A DNA stretch of 64,000 nucleotides, taken from positions 32,612,001-32,676,000 of the forward strand of contig NC_043013.1 in assembly GCF_006345805.1 (NCBI RefSeq), read 5' to 3'. Shown in pieces: positions 40,203-54,310 of the stretch. The notes under the pieces are model-generated. The model did no database searches. It was not told where the DNA came from and saw nothing but the letters and a program-made list of their open reading frames with translations. Each line of letters starts with the position of its first letter. Within the stretch, counting starts at the first letter, position 1. Origin of the DNA: Octopus sinensis. Its lineage: Eukaryota. The translations under genes were made by a program, and so were the position numbers.

Positions 40203-40672
40203 ATATTTCATTTCATTTCATTTCATTTGAGTTTGAGTCCATGCTCAGGCCAAGTCGAAGACTCCACCCTCAGAGTCTGGTGTGGTTGCCAGGTTGTATT
40301 CTCTGTTTAATTTTGACATGTGTAGGAGCGAGTTTGAGTCAGTTTGTGCTCGTTGTGTATATCCTGGGAGATGGGGTTCATCTCTAATGGTGCTTAAGTA
40401 TCTATCCAGCTGCAATTTGAATGATTCCACACTGCATCCTGATAGATTTCTGACATGTACCGGAATGGAGTTGAATAGTTGTGCTCCTCGAACCAACAGA
40501 CTTGATTCTCGCAGGGTTTTTGCTGCCTAGCCAGCCTTTTTGTTGATTGGTGGTAGCTGGCAGCATCTTCCGTGGCGCAGTGAGTGGTAGGTTTTGATAC
40601 CAAAGTTTGGCACCTTTTGCTCTATCATTTTCCAAATGTATATAATTCGGTATCGCTCAAATCTTCTTTCTA
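40203..40672 (-). mobile_element. CR1-group LINE 3' end with one in-frame stop
   Basis: ERRFERYRIIYIWKMIEQKVPNFGI...LVRGAQLFNSIPVHVRNL...FKLQLDRYLSTIRDEP...SNSL, with an (AAATG)n tail. Confidence 0.85.
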
Positions 40673-42465
40673 TTTCTAAATATCATTTAAGTTCTCTGAG
40701 ATCGGCTTAACCAAACATCCTTTTTCTCAAAATTTGAGGTGTTCTGTTAATTTTAGAAACCCTTATTTTGGTTTCTGATTATAGCTGAAGAACCATGTTC
40801 TGAGTTCAAATCCTTGTTGGGGTCAGTTTAATTGGTCATGCTCAGTGCTTTGTCCTAAAATTCAACGTACTGTGGTCAATTTTAGAAATCTGTATTGTTT
40901 TCTTACATAGACACAAGTCCAGGAATTTTGGCAAAAGGAGTTACTTTATGTACTTGTGTGGTACTTTATTCTCTCAACCCTGGAAGAATAAAAGACAAAA
41001 TTGATCCTGGTGGGATTTGAAATCAGAATGTGAAGAGCCATAATTAAATGCCATAAAATATTTTATCCAATGCTCTAATGATTCTGCCAGTCTACTGCTT
41101 CCAGAAATTGTTTGCATTCATATTTAAATCCCCTTCAGTGTTTTATTGTTTCTTTATAGTTATGTTCCTTAATATTCTAAGTTCAGATCTTGTCTGTGTC
41201 AACTTTACTTTTGCTCTATGTGGAGGGCTAATAAAAATATATGACTAAGTGTGACGGTGATGGTTTGGTGATTAGGGTATGTTAGTGCATGGCTTAGTGG
41301 TTAGGGTGTCTGTCTCATGGTCGTATGGTTGTGAGTTTGTAATTTATGGTAGTGCATTGTGTTCTTAAGCAAGACACTTTATTTCACATTGCTCCAATCC
41401 ACTCAGCTGGTAAAAATGAGTTGTGCCTGTAATTCAGTGCACCAGCCTTGTTGCATTGTGCCATACTGAACCTCTCTGAGAACTATGTTAACAGTATGCA
41501 TATTTGTGGAGTACTCGGCCACTTGAACATTAATTTCATGAGCAGACTGTTCCATTGACTGCACCAACTGTGACCCTTGATATAACCGACAAAGGGCCAG
41601 TTATACCTGTCAGCTACTGGGATTGCTTTAATTGGTTTTTATCCTCATCACACAATATATGGCCTTATGCCAGATTTAGAAATTACTTTTGTTATGTTGT
41701 ACTGGAAATGGTAAAATACCAACATTAATATCTTACAATATTTAATTCTAAATGAAGGCAGTGAAATGGTAGAATATTCAACATGCCAGGCGAAATGCAT
41801 AACAGCATTTCGTCCAGTTTTACATTCTCTGTTCATGTTCTGTCTAGTTAGACTTTGCCTTTCATTCCTTTGGGGTTAATAAAATGAATACCAGTTGAGC
41901 ACTGGGATCAGTGTCATTGACTTACCCCTCCCTTGAAATTGCTAGCCCTGTGTCAAAATTTGAAACTAATATTCAATACTAAATTGTATGTTGATCAAAA
42001 CTTACTAAGATCAACATGCAGTGTGTGAGCCTATGTTTTTAAGGACTGATTTTAAATCTCGTTGAGGCTGAGCTTTGCTTTTACTCTTTGGGGAGATGGT
42101 GAGGGAAACCTGGAAATCCTACCAGTCAAGAACTTGAGTTAGTATAATTGACCGTCTCCCTCTGTCCCAAATGTTTGACTTTGTTCCATTGTTAAATGTT
42201 TGTTATTATAATTCATCATCATCATCATCCTTTAATGTCTGTTTTCTATGCTGGCATGGATTGGATGGTTTGACGAGCTGGCCAGCTGGAGGGATTCCCA
42301 GGTTCCAATTCTCTGTTTTGGCATGGTTTCTACAGCCAGATGCCCTTCCTATAATGCCAGCCACATTACACCCAGTGAACTGGGTACTTTCTATGTGGAA
42401 CCAGTATGAGTGGTGCCACACAAGTGCTTAATAATAATAATAATAAAAAAAGGAGAAAATACATG

Positions 42466-45400
42466 GGCAGTGGATTAGCAAACTCAAAAATCCTCACAGT
42501 ATCAGACAAAATGCCTTATTACATTAATTCCAGCTCTTTGCATTCTGAGTTCAAATCCTGCCATGGTGGGCTTTGGCTTTCATCCCTTTTGGTGATCAAT
42601 AAAGCAAGTACCAGTTGAGCACTGTGGTCTTTGTAACTGACCAGCCCCCTCCTCCAAAATTGTCGACCTCGTGCCTAAAGTAGATAGGATTTTTATGATT
42701 GATACTGCACATAAGCCATTGAAAGTTACTTGAGGTATGATTATTACTAGGTGAAATATTATTGTTACTGAGAGCTGTTGATAGACAGAATCAGTAGAGC
42801 ATTGGAATAAATGTCTTGTGGTATTACATTATAGTTACAATTTCAGTTCCTGCACGGGCCAGCTTTGCTCTTTATCCTTAAGGGATTGATGTAATCAAGT
42901 AATGATAGCAATTTAATCAACACTACTTATTGCAGTGTTGGACCAAAGTTAGAAGTTCTTAATAGAATCATTAGGGAATCGGGTAAACTGCTGAGCTGCA
43001 TTTCATCCATCTTTATGTTCTGAGTTTGAATTCCACTGAAGTTAACTCTGCCTTTCATCTTTTTGGGGTTGATAAAATTAGTACCAGTTGAACGCTGGGG
43101 GTCAATGTAATCAACTTAGCCCCTCTTCTGAAATTGCTGGCCTTGTGCCAAAATTTGAAATGGTAATTCTGCACTGAGCTAGCAGAACCATTAGCAGGCT
43201 CGATAAAATGCTTAGTGGCATTCCAACTGTCTTTGTGTTCGGAGCTCAAATTCTTCTGAGGTTGACTTTGATTGTCATCCTTTCAGAGTAGATAAAACCA
43301 GTCAAGTACTGGGGGCAATGTAATCGACTTCCCCACTCCCTTCAAAAACTGTTGGCCCTGTGCTAAAATGTGAAACCATTATTATTATTATTATTGTGGT
43401 AGTGTTGGACAGAAGTATTTAATAATGTTCTGAGATCAAATCCTGTAAAACTAATTTTTCTTCTTATTCACCAGTAATACAACAAAGCAGAAATATGCCA
43501 AGTGAAATAGACCTCTCCAAATTTCTGATCTTGTGTCAAATCACAAGAACATTTTTCCTGACAGATTCAATAGGATGGTGAACAAAATGCTTTAGTTGAA
43601 CAAATTGACCACAGGACTTATTCGTTGTAAGCCTAGTACTTACTTCTATTGATCTCTTTTGCTGAACTACTAAGTTAAGGGGACGTAAACACACCAACAT
43701 CGGTTTTCAAGCAATGGTGGGATGACAAACACAGACACACCAACATATATATGAATCCCACCACTACCACCAGCTTTCCTCAGAACTAATGGCCTTGTGC
43801 CTGAATAAGCAAGTTATGATGATGATGATAGATGGAAAAATTTGCCAAGCTTTAAACAAAATGGTTGCAATATTTGTTCTGAGTTCAAACTTCACCAAGG
43901 TCAACTTTGTCCTTCATCCTTCTGGGATTGTTGTTAAAGTAAAGGGCCAGTCAAGTATTGGATTTAATACGAGACTGTTCCCTCTCCCAAAAATTCCTGG
44001 TCCTGTGAATATGCAAGAAATCACTATGATCAAAGTTAGGTAGGCACAATTAGGCTGAGGTCAACTTTCCAGTTCATCCCTTCGGGGTCAATAAAATAAT
44101 CACTAGCTGAGCATAGGGGTTGATGTATTTGATGTCGATGTTGCCTTTCATCCTTTTGCGGGGTCGATTAAATAAGTAGCAGTTACACATTGGGGTCGAT
44201 GTAGTCGACTTGATCCCCTCCCCAAGTTGCCCTTGTGGTAGAAGTTTGAAGTCATCATCATCATCATCATTATTATTATTAAGGTGGAGAGCTGGCAGAA
44301 TTGTTAGCATGCTATGTTCTGAGTTCAAATTCTGTCAATGTTGATGTTGCCTTTCATCCTTTCGGGGTCGATAAATTAAGTACCAGTGAAACACTGGGGT
44401 CGAATGTAATCGACTAGTCCCCTCCCCAGCAATTTCAGACCTTGTGTCTAGAGTAGAAAGGATTACTATTATTATTTACCCATCGCTACATTCTGAGTTC
44501 AATTTCAGACCTTGTGTCTAGAGTAGAAAGGATTACTATTATTATTTACCCATCGCTACATTCTGAGTTCAAATTCCACTGAGGTCAACTTTGCCTTTCA
44601 TCCTTTCGGGGTCAATTAAGTACCAGTTACGCACTGGGTTCGATGTAATCGACTTACACCTCTCAGGCCTTGTGCTTATAATAGATAAGATTATTATCAT
44701 TATTGTTATGGCAGAGAGCTGGCAGAATCGTTAGCACACTGGGCGAAATGTTTCATGGTATTTTGTCTACCACTACGTTCTGAGTACAAATTCTGCTGAG
44801 GTCAACTTTGTCATCCTTTTAGGGCGATGAAAATGAGTACCAGTTATGCAATGGGGTTCATGTAATTGACTAGCTCCTTCCCAAAAAATGTTCATGGCTT
44901 TGTGCCTAGAGTAGAAGTAATAATTATTATTAAGGCAAAGACCTAGCAGAGTTGTTAGCCCACTCGGCGAAATGCTTAGTGGTATTTTGTCTGTCATTAC
45001 CATCTGAGTTCAAATTCCACCAAGGTTGACTTTGCCCTTTACCCTTTTAAGATCAATTAAATAAGTACCAGCTATGAACTGGGATCGATGTAATCGACTA
45101 TCCCATTTTCCCCAAAATTTTGAAGGCTTTGTGTCTAGTGTAGAAATAACAATAATAATAATTACTGTTAAGGTGGAGAGCTGACAGAATCATTAGCACA
45201 CTGGGTGAAATGCTTAGTGGTATTTTGTCTGGTTTTACATTCTGAGTTCAAATTCCGCCAAGGTCGATGTTGCCTTTCATCCTTTTGCGGGGTCGATTAA
45301 ATAAGTAGCAGTTACACATTGGGGTCGATGTAGTCGACTTGATCCCCTTCCCAAGTTGCCCTTGTGGTAGAAGTTTGAAATCATCATCATCATCATCATT

Positions 45401-46140
45401 ATTATTATTAAGGTGGAGAGCTGGCAGAATTGTTAGCATGCTGAGCAAAAATGCTTAGTGGTATTTTGTCTGAGTTCAAATTCCGCCAAGGTCAACTTTG
45501 ACTTTTATCCTTTTGGGGTCAATAAATTAAGTACCAGTCAAGTACTGGGGTCAATGAGATCAATTGTCCCCCTCCCCACAAAATTGCAGGCCTTGTGCAT
45601 ATAGTAGAAAGGATTATTATTATTATTGTTATTACTGAAAGTTGAATGGCAGAATCATTAAAGCTTTAGATGTTCTAGCGTTTTACGTTGTGAGTTCAAA
45701 CACTGTGAAACCCCACTGGGGTTTGATAAAATAATTTGCTGGTCAAGTTCTGGGTGGTCGGGAATTTAATCAACTAAGTTTGTTAAATTTTTGGACAATT
45801 ATTATTATTATTACTGTTATTATTAAGGTGGCGAGCTGACAGAAACATTAGCACACCGGGCAAGATGCTTATCAGTATTTTGTCTGTTTTCATGTTCTGA
45901 GTTCAAATTCCGTCGAGGTTGACTTTGCCTTTCATCCTTTTGGGGAACGATAAATTAAATACCAGTTGCATACTGGGTCGATCTAATCGACTAGGCCCCC
46001 TCCCCCAAAATCTGAGGCCTTGTGCCTATAGTAGAAAGGATTATTATTATTATTATTAACCTCAGTTCAAATCTTACCAAGGTTAACTTTGCCATTCATT
46101 CCTCTGTGGTGGAGAGAATAAGTATCTCTCATATACCGAG
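42466..46140 (+). mobile_element. Head-to-tail array of 12 or more copies/fragments of SINE family D
   Basis: Repeated aaggtggcgagctggcagaa...ttctgagttcaaattcc...ctttcatcctttcggggtcgat...gtagaaaggattattatt, all in the same orientation. Confidence 0.9.
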
Positions 46141-46511
46141 CTTGATCCAGATGACTATAGCCTATCCCTACATCTAACTACATGACCTGAGACAAGCTAA
46201 GAAATCCTCACAGTCATCATCATCATCATCATTGCTATCATCATGATTATCATCTTTACCATTATCAATATTTATTGAACTATTCCTGGTGAAACTGTTA
46301 AAAAAAAATATCACTTTCTAAATATCAAGAATTCCATAAAATCAATTGAAAAACGTTAACCTGTTTTTAATTAACATCTTTTTCTGAAGTTTTTATGTCA
46401 TTTATCCATTTTGTGTATGTGTGTATATATATAATTTGATGCTTTTTAAATGTGAATGCATTTTTATGTATTGTATGGATGAGTGGACTTTATGTGTGTG
46501 TGTGTGTGTTT

Positions 46512-46679
46512 AATGAATGCAGGAATTATATGTGAGCTACTTCAAGTTTTGTGATTGGTAAGATAATGCAGTAATTGGATAGGCTTGTACATAGTACAGT
46601 TCGCAAGCTTGTCCAATTACCACACTATCTCACCAATCATGAAACTTGAAGTAGCTCATGTATAACTACTGCATTCATT
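46512..46679. repeat. 168-bp foldback inverted repeat (MITE-like)
   Basis: 77-bp arms (46512-46588 and 46603-46679), 64/77 identical with no indels, 14-nt loop. Confidence 0.92.
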
Positions 46680-47129
46680 TATTTCTTGTTGAAATGAGTT
46701 CTTTTTTGTTGATGCTATTAGCAAGCAAACACTACACCATGCTACATATATATATTGGAACTCCTGATGAGTTTTTTTTCTTTTTAACTGACAATGAATA
46801 AGAGTTTAACAATGATAACTACAGACAGGTGAATGTAAAACTAAATATTGACACCGCTTCTTCTGCTATGGACAGTCTATATAGTAATGGCAGCGTGGAA
46901 CATCACATTTTCATAATGATGGAAGTAATGCAGAAAACATTTGAAGATAAGTGTTAGGCAGAGATAACTCTGGCATGGGCATTTAGTGCAAATAATACAA
47001 TCCATATTTACTCAGAACATGGTCCACATTGATGTGGATCCATTCTGTTAAGTTTTATTTGTGAAATATAGATGCTTTGAATTTGCTTCAGAAAGAGGTC
47101 TATGTTTGTGATGGTTTGTTGCGGTGGGG

Positions 47130-47191
47130 GCACTAGGAATGTGGCCTGGATGTCAAGGGGGCAGCAGCCTGAAAAAGTTTGGGAACCACTG
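47130..47191. mobile_element. Isolated hAT-type terminus
   Basis: aaaaagtttgggaaccactg is a typical hAT/MER5-like end; the other end was not found. Confidence 0.4.
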
Positions 47192-48894
47192 AATTAAATT
47201 AATAATCAAGTTCTGGGGTAAATTTAACCAAATTTCAAGCTTTGTGCTTATGTAAGAAACTATTATTTTTATTAAAGACGAATAATATCCTTTGCACCCT
47301 TCTTTATAGATGTTTCAGTCCTGATAAACCGAAGTATTTTCACCACTAATTAAAAAAGTAGAAACTTGATTGAAATAGAATGAATTTGAACAAGAGAAAA
47401 AAATAACAAAAGAAAATAGTAACGTTTTTTTCAAGCGTTGGGTCTCGTGGAGGTAAAGTGGCGGAGCTCCTTTTGAGTGTTGGGCCTCACAGAGGCAATG
47501 ACTAAGACCTTTGGCATTGTGTCGTGCTTGAGAAGACCCATCAAGCTGACCAAAATCAGTCATGGCAGATACTGGTGTCACACAAATTTCACCCGTGCCA
47601 GTGGTACATAAAAGCACGCATTACACTCTTGGAGTGATTGATGTTAGGAAGAGCATCCAGCCATAGTTATAGTGCATTTGGGATTATGTTATCCAAATGT
47701 TCTTTTTTGTGGGGTCATTTGATTTGGCAGTTATTTCTAGCTAGCCAAGTGACAATCTAGGATCCTTGCTATCTTTGACTCACAAGCATCAAAATTTTCT
47801 GTTGGTGATGTGTTTCACATTTTTGGGTTAACTATTAATTCTTGGACGTCAACTTTTTAGGACAAATACAAGCCCTAAGTTTCTAAAATTTAAAATTTCT
47901 ATCAAATATTGGAGTTGATTGAATTGACTGGCACTGGTTCTTTTAAGGTTCCTGAAGCAATGAGACTATGGTTGGGAACCATGAATGAATCGTCTTAATG
48001 ATGCTGGTGTTTTAAGAGTAAACAAGGGCATAAATCTCGAAGGCCACATTCTTGTGACGAGTGGTGACTACCATTCTAATTTAACGTTAATTTTTTTTAT
48101 GCTGGCATGGGTTGGATGGTTTGACGAAATCTGGCAAGCTGCAGGGATGCATCAAGCTCTCATGTTAGCTTTGGCATGGTTTCAATGGCTGGATATCTTT
48201 TCTAATGAAAACTACAATAGTTGCGTATCATTTACTGTGAAAGACATAATGATAGATTAATTCAACATAAATCTTGTAATTATCAGGATATGTGAAGTCT
48301 GGATCAACATGCCCTATGTAAGTTGTCAGAAGAACAATTTAATTCTGTTTACTATTCCTGTTATTAAAAACCACACAAACATAAACAAACCAAAGAAGGA
48401 GTCTCCATGAGGTCACTTCATGTGCTAGACATTACAGCCTAATCTCCCCTAAATCACACTCTACTGTATTAAAAAAGAACTTAAAATTAAAGGTGGCAAG
48501 CTGGCAGAAACGCTAGCATGCCTGGCAAAATGCTTAGCGGTATTTTGTCTGTCTCTACGTTCTGAGTTCAAATTCCGCTGAGGTCAATTTTGCCTTTCAT
48601 CCTTTCGGGGTCGATTAAATAAGTACCAGCTGCTGCACACTGGGGTCGATATAATCGACTTAATCCATTTGTTTGGCCCTTGTGGGTAGTAAAGAAATAG
48701 GTATTAAAAAAGAACTGACAGAGAGTACATTTATCTAGATACAAAAAGGATGGGATGCCCCTGTTGTTATTTAGCCCTAGGTTGTCTCTGCTTCATCGGA
48801 GCAGATGTAAGTCTAGAAAGCAACAACAACAACACTCACAAAGAAACAGAACACAAAACAGAAAAGCAAGCAAGACAGAGATAGATTAACTGAA

Positions 48895-48900
48895 TTTAAT
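48895..48900 (-). terminator. Candidate PSMD7 polyadenylation signal (ATTAAA)
   Basis: ATTAAA on the - strand about 45 nt after the stop, followed by a U/GU-rich tract; not verifiable without transcripts. Confidence 0.3.
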
Positions 48901-48945
48901 AGCAATGAAGTACATAATATATGCTGCCTAGACCCCATCACAGCA

Positions 48946-49396
48946 TCACTTTGATTTTGATGATGCGCTGGAGCTGTCCTTTTTGTCAGAGTCCTTTTTC
49001 TCTTTGTCGTTGTCCTTCTCATCCTTTTTCTCTTTCTTCTCTTTGTCTTTCTCCTTGCCTTCGCTCTTCTCGGCGTCACGGTTCTGGATTTTGTTGTTGA
49101 TGAGATTGTGCAGCGCAATGATGCTGCGTATGAGAGCAGCGACATATACGACCAGGTATTGGTCGTTAGTTTTAACGTACATTGCTTTCACAAACTCAAG
49201 CAGGTTGACGTCAGGCAGCAGGTTAAAGACATCTTGGAGGTGGTATATGATCTGATGGTTAATTGGTAGTTGTCCGGAGGCCACCTTCTGCAGGTACCGA
49301 CTCACGTCCTCTATGTGGTTGTGCAGACCTTTAAGACCTGTTAACTGGTTTGTTATTCTTTGTGACAGAGTACCTACAGTTGTATCTTTGATATCC
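48946..49396 (-). CDS. PSMD7: PSMD7 exon 6 (last coding exon)
   Basis: 451 nt; [24 protein letters not shown]...[19 protein letters not shown]...[22 protein letters not shown] plus KEKE tail, then TGA. The six exons total 990 nt = 329 aa + stop. Confidence 0.97.
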
Positions 49397-51077
49397 CTGT
49401 TATGTGAAATAAAAAAGAAACATCAGTGATATATATATAAAACAAGCCATATACACACACACACACATATCTTATCTTTTACTTGTTTCAATCATTAGAC
49501 TGCAGCCATGCTGGGGCAACGCGTTGAAGAATTTTAGTTGAATGAATTGACCTCACTACTTTTATCTAGAGCATGGTAGCTATTCTATCAATCTCTTTTG
49601 CTAAACCACTAGGCTAAAGGGATGTAAACACACCAGCACCAGTTGTCAAGTGGTGGTGGGGGAACAAACACAGACGCAAACACACATATCTACCAAATCC
49701 ACTCACAAGGCTTTAATTGGCCCGAGACTATAGTAGAAGACATTTGTTCAAGGTGCCATGCAGTGGGACTGTACCCAGAACCATGTGGTTGGGAAGCAAG
49801 CTTCTTAGCACACAACCCCAAAGCATTCAAAGGGGTGCAAATCATCCTATTATTAATTGTTTAACATCTGCTTTTCTATGCTAGTATGAGTTAGATACAG
49901 AGATGAAGTTGGATTCTATGACTGGATTCCCATCTTGTCACCAACCATCACTTGTTATTTTTCAAGTAAGAAATTTCTTTCCACACCAGAAGTCATCAAA
50001 AGCACAGAATAACTGGTCATAATATCAACAAGGAATGCCAGCATCACCAATTTCGTTGAAGAAGTGGTAAGCATGGAATATCACCCCCATTACAACATCA
50101 ATACTCATGCTGACAGACACAAGTACCAATGCACAAAGCGCTCAGGCCTTAACTCACTGTTACTTCTGCTAAATATTAATAAAAATATACATTTACTGAC
50201 AAGTAAAGTTAATCTAAGTGGCTGTTTCGTGTTTCTACTAGTTTAACCCCAAGCAGATCTCTTGCCCGCTGGTAATTAGTGTGATGCTGCACCCTGTATA
50301 TACAATATATATATTGCTAGCAGGGGGAGCAAACCTCTACCATCCTCTAGCAGAACAACAAGATCGTGAAACTCAAACACTACTCACTTTAGGCAATAAA
50401 GCACCAACAGTCTTTTCAAGTTACCTCTAGTGGAATTGATGAATGTGGTTTTAATTACCGGGTTATCATCATCACCATGCACTGCAAGAGATAACTCTGA
50501 AATGACTTTGGAAACTGTATTTTCTATAGCAACCCTCACTCGCTTCCACAGCAATGTAATATTTCTCCATGTCTTTGGAGCAATGAGAAGTTCAAAGGCC
50601 AGACATGTTTTATGGAGAAGATTGCAAGAATGGTGACTTTGTTTCTAGTCAGCACACAAATGTAAATACAGACATAACACATATATATATATATGCCAGT
50701 GCCATATAAACAAACCTGTGCTGGTGGCATGTGAGAAAGCACCCAGCACTTTCGGTGTTAGGAAGGGCCTCAAGTTGTAGAGACCATGCCAAAACAGACA
50801 AGTGGAGTCTCGCCAGCTCCTGCCAAACTGTCCAACCCATGCCACCTGGTGAACGGACATTAAATGATAATGATGATGATGATGTTATGTGGATGGGTGT
50901 GTGATGGCTCTCTTGCAGCTTCCAATTCTCTCACAAACCACTGCTCAGCCTGCAACTATAGTAGAAAATATTAGACAACTGCCCATCAAGTGCAAATAAA
51001 GCATGTGGTTCTAAAACAGCTCCTAATCTAGTCACATCTGCATACAAAAAAACACACCATATATAGGTATGTTTTTA

Positions 51078-51461
<384 letters not shown>

Positions 51462-51673
51462 CTAAGGAAGATAATGTTAATAGTTGTGACAACAGAGTAT
51501 GCTTTAATAGTAATGAATCATGAAAGCACCTTCAGTCCTTACACACCAACATTTTACTCCACCTGGCTACATTCCTGGCCTCACAATAATACACGTGAGC
51601 GAAAATTGGTTAGATTGAATGGCCAATGTCTTGTGAATGAATCTGGGAGATGGAAACTAAAAGGAGCCCATTG

Positions 51674-51895
51674 TAAGTCAGGATACTGAAAAGTTCCTGG
51701 TTTTAAGGGTATTGCGAAAGGCCTGGTTGGAGGCCCCGACCTTCCAAGTTCATTTACAGGGTTTAAAAAAACTGAAGGATCGCTGCAATAAGCGTGAGAA
51801 TTTAAGAGAGGAATATGTTGGATAAAATCATAATTCACTGATCCTCCTGTATTTTCTTTTACTCAAAGCCAGGAGCTTTTCAGCATCCTTTCATA
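51674..51895 (+). mobile_element. Mariner-derived non-autonomous element in PSMD7 intron 4
   Basis: TIRs ggatactgaaaagttcctggtttt / aaagccaggagcttttcagcatcc with TA ends. Internal GLKKLKDRCNKRENLREEYVG* resembles the mariner transposase C-terminus. A TIR fragment also lies at about 16240-16285. Confidence 0.75.
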
Positions 51896-52256
51896 CGTGT
51901 GTATGACAGTGTGAATGCTTGAAACTGTGCAGTGAGGTACACTACAAACATTGTTTGTAGCTGAGCTGAAAGCAGGGACATCAGCATTTGAGGTGGGGCT
52001 CTAAACAGAGACATTTGTTGGTATTTCCTATCAACAAATTATAAGGTAGCTCTGTGCTTTCGAAACCTTCTGGGATTAAAATTCCCTTGCTAGGAAAACA
52101 GGCAAGGGTTTGCAACAGGAAGAGCATCCATTCATAACACTCCTGTGTCAAATATCTCTCCATCTAATATTTGCTAGCATCCAAAAACAGTTTCATGAAC
52201 AAAAGTGTCAAAAGCTTAACTAAAATATTAAATATAAATTGAAATGTTATACTGAC

Positions 52257-52337
52257 ATCATGTACTTCTTCAACGGCAATGTAAGCTTCAGTAGGTAATC
52301 CAAGATCTTTAGGTTTAGCATCAATAACAACAAGGAC
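52257..52337 (-). CDS. PSMD7: PSMD7 exon 4
   Basis: 81 nt; [27 protein letters not shown]. Confidence 0.97.
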
Positions 52338-53148
52338 CTGTGAAAAAAGTTGAAAGTTTACTTATAAATAGGTGGACATTTAGAAGTGCAAACAAGTGAG
52401 AATGATGTAGAATGTTAATGGTAGCGAGGCATTTTTTATTTTATTTCATTCACTCATTTTCAATATATGAGAGAAAGAAATTTACTCATTTAAACAACAG
52501 CTGATATATACAATTTCCAGCTGAAGTTTAATCCATTTATCATGCAAACTAGGGCTTATATTTGAATTAAAACCTTTTATCATTATTTTAAGCCAGAACC
52601 ATTTGTTAGCAATAGAAAAATGCGAGCAAGAGAAATAATATTCTCAAGATTATGAATCTGGAAAAGTACAGGACAGGTTATTACACTTGGAAAAGTTCAG
52701 GACAACTTATTACATCTGGTAAAGTACAGAAGAAAATTTTTTACATAGAATATTGAAGCTTCTGGGGTTGACGTAATTGACTTGTCCCCTCCCACCAAAT
52801 TCGCACAAAAAAAAAAAAAAAAAGGAAAATAACAAACGCTATTATGTATGTCATGTTTACAGATGTGGGTACATATCCCACGAGCAGCTTCGAATTTTTC
52901 TAGCCAAAAGTATTTTAACCAAATGTTTACATGCTATTGTTTATAGCTTATCGGCTTCAAGATCCAACGTTCCTTCTGCCTCCAGTAGAAAGGATTATTA
53001 TTATTACTATTATTACTTACATTACTGAACACTGAGTTGCTGGATTCTAGTCTGCTATGTTAATGGCACCTAAATTCTGTGACTTCGGAACAACAACAAC
53101 AATAAAAACTAAACTGGGACTCATTTTGAAAACCTGAAGAACACTTAC

Positions 53149-53246
53149 AGAGTTTGGGCAGTATTTTCTCATAAGTTCATTAATAGACACATCATTCTGG
53201 TGCAGTTTTGGTCCAGTATGGTACCAACCAACAACCTTCTCTCGTG
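53149..53246 (-). CDS. PSMD7: PSMD7 exon 3
   Basis: 98 nt; [33 protein letters not shown] (MPN GWYH motif). Confidence 0.97.
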
Positions 53247-53296
53247 CTGTAGAAGAAGAAGAAAAAAAACAAAAAAAGAAACATAAGCTTAGTTCA

Positions 53297-53331
<35 letters not shown>

Positions 53332-53353
53332 AGGTTTCTGTCTTGGGAATGAC

Positions 53354-53500
53354 GGTGCCATGTCAAGAGCACCCATACTGGTGCCATGTTGAGACCACCC
53401 ATGCTGGTGCCACATGCTAAGTTCCTGTGCCGGTGCCATGCCGAGAGCACCCATACTGGTGCCACATATAAAGACTGGTACTGGTGCCATATAAAAAAAA
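53354..53500 (+). repeat. 26-bp minisatellite (6 units) in front of a SINE tail
   Basis: ggtgcc anchor at 53354, 53380, 53406, 53432, 53458, 53483. Confidence 0.85.
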
Positions 53501-54172
53501 AAAACCACCCAGTATATTCTGTAAAGTAGTTGGTATCAGGAAGTGCATTCAGCTAGACACTTGGTGCCTGGTGCAGCCCTTCAGCTTGCTTGCTTGCTCC
53601 TGTCAAACCATCCACCAGCATGAAAAAGATGTTAAATGACAATGAAGATGACTTTGGCTCTGCTTATTTTGCATCACTGATTCGATGTTGACTTATTTGA
53701 CATCAGACATCATAATGTTCTTCTCATTCACCCCACTCTCTGTTTATGTGCAAGAAAATTTCTCATTATGTGTATGAAGAGAGGGAAAGTGTTTATGTCA
53801 AATGCATTCAATTAACAAATTGTAATATCTCTCTCTTTCCCATCTTATCCCCATCTGTATGTGTGTATTTCGTTGTGTATATGCATGTGTGAGTATTTTG
53901 CTCCCAGTGCCAAAAAAAAAAAGAAAATAAAAAAAGGCACTGCTGCTAAAACAGGTTCAATGTCCAGTTAGCTATGCCAAATGACCAATGCCTAAACAGC
54001 TGCCTCAATCTTTTCATCCGTTACATACAGCCAATATAAGAGTACCTGACATGGGTTAAAGGTAGAAACGTGAGAAGCTGATATTAAAATTATTTTAGTT
54101 GTAACGTGATGTACACATTCTTAAAACAAGTGGAACAAATATATATAGGTAAAAGAAAGATAAGAAAAGTCA

Positions 54173-54310
<138 letters not shown>

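Noticed and set aside
48813-49255. Alternative-frame ORFs over PSMD7 exon 6
   Set aside because: Shadows of the KEKE-rich coding sequence.
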